A stretch of 64,000 nt of DNA from positions 12,742-76,741 of the forward strand of contig CALIKV010000002.1 in the NCBI GenBank assembly GCA_938017505.1, in the 5' to 3' direction. Under the pieces are notes generated by a model, which was not told where the DNA came from, did no database searches, and saw only the letters and a list, made by a program, of their open reading frames with translations. This document shows, piece by piece, positions 58,881-64,000 of this stretch; the stretch's first letter is position 1; each line of letters starts with the position of its first letter. The position numbers and the translations under genes were made by a program. The DNA comes from an uncultured Sulfolobales archaeon (GTDB lineage: Archaea > Thermoproteota > Thermoprotei_A > Sulfolobales > NBVN01).

Positions 58881-59509
58881 GTGAATCGTTGAGTGAGTGG
58901 GTCCCTAAGACAAAGCTTGGGAGAATGGTTAAGGAGGGCAGAATAACGAGCATTAAGGAGGTTTTCGACCAGAACATCACGGTTAGGGAGCCCGAGATAG
59001 TTGATTACCTGATCCCTAACCTCAAGCACGAAGTGCTGGACGTCAACATCGTTCAGAAGCAGACTGACGCCGGCGAGGTTACTAGGTTCAGGGTAGTTGT
59101 TGTGCTCGGCAATTTTGACGGATATGTTGGTCTAGGCGTGGGTAAAGCCAAGCAGATAAGGCAGGCCATAGAGAAGGCCTTGAGGAACGCGAAGCTCAGC
59201 ATAACTCCTGTGAGGAGGGGCTGTGGTAGTTGGGCGTGTTCGTGTTCGGAGCCGCACAGCGTGCCGTTCAGGGTAGACGGCAAGAGCGGGTCTGTGAGGA
59301 TATCCCTGGCCCCAGCTCCGAAGGGGACTGGTCTGGTAGTCGGTGATGCGGCGAAGTTGATCCTGAGGTACGCGGGGATTCGCGACGTGTGGACGTGGTC
59401 GAAGGGTGAGACCAGGACTACTATAAACTTCGCCTACGCGACCTTTGACGCTTTAAGGAAAACGTATAGCTTCGTAACCCCGTATGACTGGGTTAGGGGT
59501 GGTTCGTAA
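58877..59509 (+). CDS. rps5: 30S ribosomal protein S5
   Basis: [22 protein letters not shown]. Confidence 0.96.
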   Translation: MSESLSEWVPKTKLGRMVKEGRITSIKEVFDQNITVREPEIVDYLIPNLKHEVLDVNIVQKQTDAGEVTRFRVVVVLGNFDGYVGLGVGKAKQIRQAIEKALRNAKLSITPVRRGCGSWACSCSEPHSVPFRVDGKSGSVRISLAPAPKGTGLVVGDAAKLILRYAGIRDVWTWSKGETRTTINFAYATFDALRKTYSFVTPYDWVRGGS

Positions 59510-59982
59510 TGAGCTCGCTTTACGCTATAGTGAGGATCAAAGGTCTTGCCGAGGCCCCTCCGGAGGTTGAAGATACTTTAAGGAAGCTGAGACTGACTAG
59601 GAAGCACGCGGCCGTGATCTACCCTAAGAACCCGTCGATCGACGGCATGCTTGAGGTAGTTAAGGAGTGGGTTACCTGGGGTGAGGTGGACGAGGCCACG
59701 CTCAGGGAGTTGCTGCTGAGGCGTGGTAGGTTGGCGGGGAACAGGCCACTTACCGAGGAGTTCGTCAAGGAGAGACTAGGCATGAACATCGACGAATTCG
59801 TTAAAGCGCTGATGGACGGCAGGTTGCAGCTACACAAGCTTGAGTCGTTGATGAAGCCCGTCTTCAGACTCCACCCGCCTAAAGGAGGCTTTAAGAGAAG
59901 CATTAAAAAACCTCTAGGGGGCGACGGCGAGTTAGGGTACAGAGGAAGTGATATAAACGGGCTCTTGCTGAAAATGATTTAG
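59509..59982 (+). CDS. rpl30: 50S ribosomal protein L30
   Basis: VTWGE, FRLHPPKGG, LGYRG. Confidence 0.95.
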   Translation: MSSLYAIVRIKGLAEAPPEVEDTLRKLRLTRKHAAVIYPKNPSIDGMLEVVKEWVTWGEVDEATLRELLLRRGRLAGNRPLTEEFVKERLGMNIDEFVKALMDGRLQLHKLESLMKPVFRLHPPKGGFKRSIKKPLGGDGELGYRGSDINGLLLKMI

Positions 59983-60450
59983 GTGATCGACATGGTGGTT
60001 AGAAGGGAGAGGAAGAGTAGGAAGATGAGAGGGAGCAGAACCCACGGTTACGGTAGTGTGGGGCAGCATAGGAAGGCTGGCAGCAGAGGCGGCAGGGGCG
60101 CTGCTGGGATGCATAAACATAAGTGGACTTGGGTTGTTAAGTACCATCCGGATTGGTTCGGTAAGCGCGGCTTCAAGAACCCTAACCCAAGCACTACGAA
60201 GGGCGGGCTCAGGACGGTCAATATAAGGGAGCTCTGCGAGGTGGTGGGAGAGCTGTTAAGTAAGGGGGTGCTTAGGAGTGAGGGGGGCTTCATAAAGGTC
60301 GATCTTCTGGAGCTAGGCTACAACAGACTGCTCGGTGAGGGAGAGCTCACAATGCCGCTGAAGATAGTAGCACCCAGCGCGACGAAAACGGCCCTTGAGA
60401 AGGTGAAGAGGGCTGGTGGGGAGGTCATCCCTCCAACTAAGGAGGCGTGA
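59983..60450 (+). CDS. rpl15: 50S ribosomal protein L15
   Basis: RGSRTHGYG, GGRGAAG, FGKRGF. Confidence 0.95.
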   Translation: MIDMVVRRERKSRKMRGSRTHGYGSVGQHRKAGSRGGRGAAGMHKHKWTWVVKYHPDWFGKRGFKNPNPSTTKGGLRTVNIRELCEVVGELLSKGVLRSEGGFIKVDLLELGYNRLLGEGELTMPLKIVAPSATKTALEKVKRAGGEVIPPTKEA

Positions 60451-60564
60451 GGGGTGCCTCTGCTTATCTCGGAGTTGGGTGAGCAGTGTTAAGGGCTTTT
60501 GGCTGAGGGATCGAGTTCCTCAAGCTTTTATAACAACTTGTGATTAACTCAGTAGGGATGGATA

Positions 60565-61959
60565 GTGGGCGCACTCTCTTGGTTGGCTAAGATAGGCGAA
60601 TACGTGCCTTCAACGCCGAAGCCCTCCAGGAAACCGGACTTAAGCAAGAGACTTCTCTACACCTTCTTAGCGGTTGTCGCTTTCTACGTCATGTCATCCA
60701 CCTACGCGTTTCCGTTGTCGGCTTATCCTCATATCCAGGGCGTCCAGTTACCCACGCTTATCAACGTCATCTTCGCCTCACAGAGCGGTTCCCTGACTCA
60801 ACTGGGTATAGGGCCTCTCGTGACCGCTGGGTTGATAATTCAAATACTGGTTGGGGCTAAGCTCATAGACCTGGATTTAACGGATCCAGGTGATAGGAGG
60901 CTATTCACTCAAAGCCAGAAGGGCCTGGCGTTGCTCATAGCGGTTGTTGAGGGACTTGGCTTCGCGCTTTACTACAGGTTAAACGCTTTCATAACCGCGG
61001 CGTTGTTCCTCCAATTCCTGGCGGGCGCTCTAATCCTCGTAGTCCTTGACGAGGCCATGCAGAAGGGATACGGTATAGGTTCCGGCGTGAGTCTCTTCAT
61101 CCTTGCCGGCATTGCTAGGACTATATTGTGGTCTATCTTCGCGCCGGTAGACATCTCTGAAGTGAAACAGTACTACGGCATAATCCCTTACATCGCGAGC
61201 CTTTTCCAAGGGCATGCCCTCGACCTCGATAGGCTGTTGTTCGGCCTCGTGAGCACGTCGTCCGGAACCATAACAGTGCCCTCGTTAGTAGGGCTCATAT
61301 CCTTCTTTGTACTTGTGATCGTCATAGTGTACTTGCAGGCCATGAAGGTCAACATACCTATAACTTCCCACAGGATGCCAGGCGTTAAGTCCGGAATGCC
61401 CTTACAGTTCCTCTACGTCAGCAACATACCTATACTGCTCGTCGGGATACTCTTCTCCGACCTAATACTCTTCTACAGATTAACGTCAACGTACCTGGCC
61501 GATATCCCCTGGCTGGTTAACGCCTTCAGCGTCGCTATCCACTACCTAAACCCGCCCTCCTCAGTGCTTGAGGTGATTGTGGATCCGATTAGGGTGGGGG
61601 TCTACGCAGCTACGCTCATCGCCCTAGCTGTTTTGTTCGGCCTTATGTGGGTTGAGGTGGCAGGGCTCAACCCATCAGCCCAGGCCGAGAACTTAGTTAA
61701 GTCAGGACTCCTGATACCCGGGCATAGGAGCAACCCTAAAGCGTTCGAGACCGTCCTCTCTAAGTACATATATCCTCTGGCCGTGCTCAGCTCGATAATA
61801 GTTGCCTCGATAACCTTGGTCGCCGACGTCTTCGGCGTTTACAGCTCCGGCATGGGAATCCTGCTCGCCGTAGGCATACTCCAGCAGTTCTACGCTCAGA
61901 TAACTTACGAGAGAGCTCTTGAGGCATACCCGCTCCTCAAGAGGATATTAGGTGAGTGA
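60565..61959 (+). CDS. secY: Preprotein translocase SecY
   Basis: LGIGPLVTAG, GIGSGVSLFI, YVSNIP, GMGILL. Confidence 0.96.
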   Translation: MGALSWLAKIGEYVPSTPKPSRKPDLSKRLLYTFLAVVAFYVMSSTYAFPLSAYPHIQGVQLPTLINVIFASQSGSLTQLGIGPLVTAGLIIQILVGAKLIDLDLTDPGDRRLFTQSQKGLALLIAVVEGLGFALYYRLNAFITAALFLQFLAGALILVVLDEAMQKGYGIGSGVSLFILAGIARTILWSIFAPVDISEVKQYYGIIPYIASLFQGHALDLDRLLFGLVSTSSGTITVPSLVGLISFFVLVIVIVYLQAMKVNIPITSHRMPGVKSGMPLQFLYVSNIPILLVGILFSDLILFYRLTSTYLADIPWLVNAFSVAIHYLNPPSSVLEVIVDPIRVGVYAATLIALAVLFGLMWVEVAGLNPSAQAENLVKSGLLIPGHRSNPKAFETVLSKYIYPLAVLSSIIVASITLVADVFGVYSSGMGILLAVGILQQFYAQITYERALEAYPLLKRILGE

Positions 61960-62581
61960 CATGGTTCAGGGGTTGAAGGTCGTTGTAGTGGTCGGGGTGG
62001 CCGGCGTTGGCAAGTCGACTGTTCTCTCGCACGCGAGGAGTGCTCTGGAGAGTGAGGGCTACGCTGTCGAGACGCTGAACTACGGGGACTTCATGCTTAG
62101 GTACGTCATCGACAGAGGCATCGCGGCAAGCAGAGACGAGATACGGAGGCTTCCTTTAAGCGAGCAGAGAGGTATTCAGGCCGCGGTGGCTAGGGAGTTA
62201 AGGGACTATATAGAGGGACTTCCGGCTAAGCACCCCGGTAAGGACGTGGTCGTTTTCGTGGACACACACGCCACTATAAAGACCGCTACAGGCTTCTGGC
62301 CAGGTCTACCGGAGCACGTCGTTAAGGAGTTAAGGCCTGACACCATAGTGGTGGTTGAGGCGGACCCGACATCCGTGGTGGGGAGGCAGAGCAGGGATCA
62401 GTCTAGGTACAGGAGGGATTACGCGGACGTTGAGGTGGTTAAGGAGACCATGAGTTTAGTGAGGATGTTCTCCGTAGCTAGCGCGACGCTGGTCGGCGCT
62501 TCCGTTAACATAGTTAAGAACGAGGAGGGCGAGGCGGAGAACGCCGGCAGGGCTGTGGCTGAGATAGTTAAGGGGATTTAG
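61952..62581 (+). CDS. adkA: Archaeal adenylate kinase
   Basis: GVAGVGKST, NYGDFM, RDEIR, DTHA, PGLP. Confidence 0.93.
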   Translation: MSDMVQGLKVVVVVGVAGVGKSTVLSHARSALESEGYAVETLNYGDFMLRYVIDRGIAASRDEIRRLPLSEQRGIQAAVARELRDYIEGLPAKHPGKDVVVFVDTHATIKTATGFWPGLPEHVVKELRPDTIVVVEADPTSVVGRQSRDQSRYRRDYADVEVVKETMSLVRMFSVASATLVGASVNIVKNEEGEAENAGRAVAEIVKGI

Positions 62582-62583
62582 CG

Positions 62584-63042
62584 ATGCTCACGTTACTCTA
62601 TGTCATGACGGTCTTGGTCGTGATACTTCCCTGGTCGTACCTAGTCAGGTGGATAGGGATCAATAAGCTGAAGGTGTTAGAGGTTGTCAGGGAGATGAGA
62701 GTGATTGAGAAGGAGTACGCGGGTCTGAAACCGCAGGAGAAGAAGGCGAAGATCCTTGAGGAGAGGTCCTCCAAGCTGAAGAGGAAGCTCAGCAGCTTCT
62801 TCATCGTGAATCTGCTGGCGTTGTGGGGCGGTGTTTTCATGGCTATGGTGATCTCAGAGTACATGTACTTGCTCTTCATACTGACGTACGGCGGGGGTAG
62901 AGCCATACCATCCCCGCTGAGCCTGCCCGTGGTCTCAAGTTCTGGAGGGAGCTTGAACGAGCTTCTCATATTCCTCGCGACGATCATCGGCTACCAGTCA
63001 ATACACAACAAAATAACTGGTGTGGACGCGCTTAGAGGTTAG
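62584..63042 (+). CDS. Membrane protein, probably a divergent DUF106 (EMC3/TMCO1) family member
   Basis: TM-coiled coil-TM-TM layout at the conserved adk-L34e position. Confidence 0.6.
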   Translation: MLTLLYVMTVLVVILPWSYLVRWIGINKLKVLEVVREMRVIEKEYAGLKPQEKKAKILEERSSKLKRKLSSFFIVNLLALWGGVFMAMVISEYMYLLFILTYGGGRAIPSPLSLPVVSSSGGSLNELLIFLATIIGYQSIHNKITGVDALRG

Positions 63043-63082
63043 TATTGAAAATTTTAAATATGGTTGCCGATAACCTACAGGG

Positions 63083-63358
63083 TTGATAGCGATGATGGGG
63101 GCCTCTGTTAGGTCTAGGTCCTTGAGGAGGGTCTGGAGACGCGTGCCCGGCGGTAACGCTAAAACGTATTACGGGAGGGGTAAGTCGTACGTAGTGAGGT
63201 GTGGCGTGTGTGGACGTGGGTTGGGAGGAGTTCCCAGGTCCAGCGACGTGCTGAGGAAGGGGGTTAGAACCTCTAAGAGGCCTGAGAGGCCTTTCGGAGG
63301 GGTTCTCTGCCCGTCTTGCTTATCACTGGCGTTAAAGCTTGTGATAAGGGGTTCGTAG
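63083..63358 (+). CDS. rpl34e: 50S ribosomal protein L34e
   Basis: RSRS, PGG, CGVC, RPERPFGGVLCPSC. Confidence 0.94.
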   Translation: MIAMMGASVRSRSLRRVWRRVPGGNAKTYYGRGKSYVVRCGVCGRGLGGVPRSSDVLRKGVRTSKRPERPFGGVLCPSCLSLALKLVIRGS

Positions 63359-63367
63359 GGGAGATTT

Positions 63368-63934
63368 TTGTTGGTAAGCGGGAATCCCTGTAGCGTGGTC
63401 ATCGCCGTTAGCGGGATGCCTGGAAGCGGGAAATCAACGCTGGCTAGGAGGCTCTCCGAGTATTTCGGTTTAAGACTCGTCTCGGCCGGGAGGATGTTCA
63501 GAAGCCTCGCTGATCAGAAGGGGTTGACGTTAAGCGAGTTGACGAGGGTTGCTGAGGCCGATCCATCGATAGATAGGATGGTTGACGGGATGACCGTGGA
63601 GGAGGCTAGTAAGGGGTGCGTAGTTGTAGATGCGCACATAGCTGGGTGGATTCTCAAGGACTTAGCACTGCTTAAAATATACCTGGCAGCCCCTGCAGAC
63701 GTGCGGGTTAGGAGGATCGCTGAGAGAGACGGTAAAAGCTACGAGGAGGCGTTTCAAGAGGTTAAAACGCGTGAGGAGTCCGAGTGCCGGAGGTTCAAGC
63801 GCTACTACGGCATAGACATCAACGATTTAAGCGTGTTCGACCTAGTCATAAACACCGCTAAGTTCAACGCTGATGAGGCCTTCGAGATCTCGAAAGAGGC
63901 GGTCAACATAGCGATTAAAGCCCGGGCTCTCTGA
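63368..63934 (+). CDS. cmk: Cytidylate kinase
   Basis: SGMPGSGKST, SAGRMFR, RIAERDG, YYGID. Confidence 0.93.
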   Translation: MLVSGNPCSVVIAVSGMPGSGKSTLARRLSEYFGLRLVSAGRMFRSLADQKGLTLSELTRVAEADPSIDRMVDGMTVEEASKGCVVVDAHIAGWILKDLALLKIYLAAPADVRVRRIAERDGKSYEEAFQEVKTREESECRRFKRYYGIDINDLSVFDLVINTAKFNADEAFEISKEAVNIAIKARAL

Positions 63935-64000
63935 AGTTCCTTAAACTTATAAGAGGACTTGCAATTCTACTATGAGATTCGCAGGTGATCGGGGTGGCGG

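Noticed and set aside
52361..63402. Numerous minus-strand ORFs in the ribosomal operon (and similar antisense ORFs elsewhere)
   Set aside because: Antisense shadows of well-supported genes with Ser/Thr/Pro/Leu-rich composition
1..64000. CRISPR array, rRNA genes, intact transposase or integrase
   Set aside because: No regularly spaced repeats, rRNA-like sequence or transposase/integrase motifs were seen

Overview
64-kb window from a thermophilic crenarchaeon (Thermoprotei, probably Desulfurococcales-like). The assignment rests on Cren7, a crenarchaeal SSB, a CdvB/ESCRT-III paralogue, a split-type ThrRS editing protein, GGTGA/GGAGG Shine-Dalgarno motifs and intron-containing tRNAs. Core content: an aIF2beta-DUF424-NMD3-aIF1A-RIO1 cluster, radA, ileS, rtcB with an intein, six tRNA genes (three with introns) and the L22-to-cmk ribosomal superoperon (52-64 kb). 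Accessory content: a decayed islet around tRNA-Arg, an acetoin dehydrogenase-type operon, a type IV pilus locus, a knotted carbamoyltransferase/carbamate kinase pair and tandem eIF2B-like/R15P-isomerase paralogues. The most interesting candidate system lies at 20.3-22.8 kb, directly downstream of the pilus operon. It comprises a 54-aa membrane-targeted peptide with a GDENPRDWAVL tail (mis-started in the ORF track), divergent from a 367-aa double-HTH Lrp/AsnC-like regulator coupled to a Cys-less QueD-like gene, and flanked by two paralogous small helical proteins. This may be a peptide-signalling module; that role is inference and untested. All protein identifications are from motif recognition only; no searches were run.
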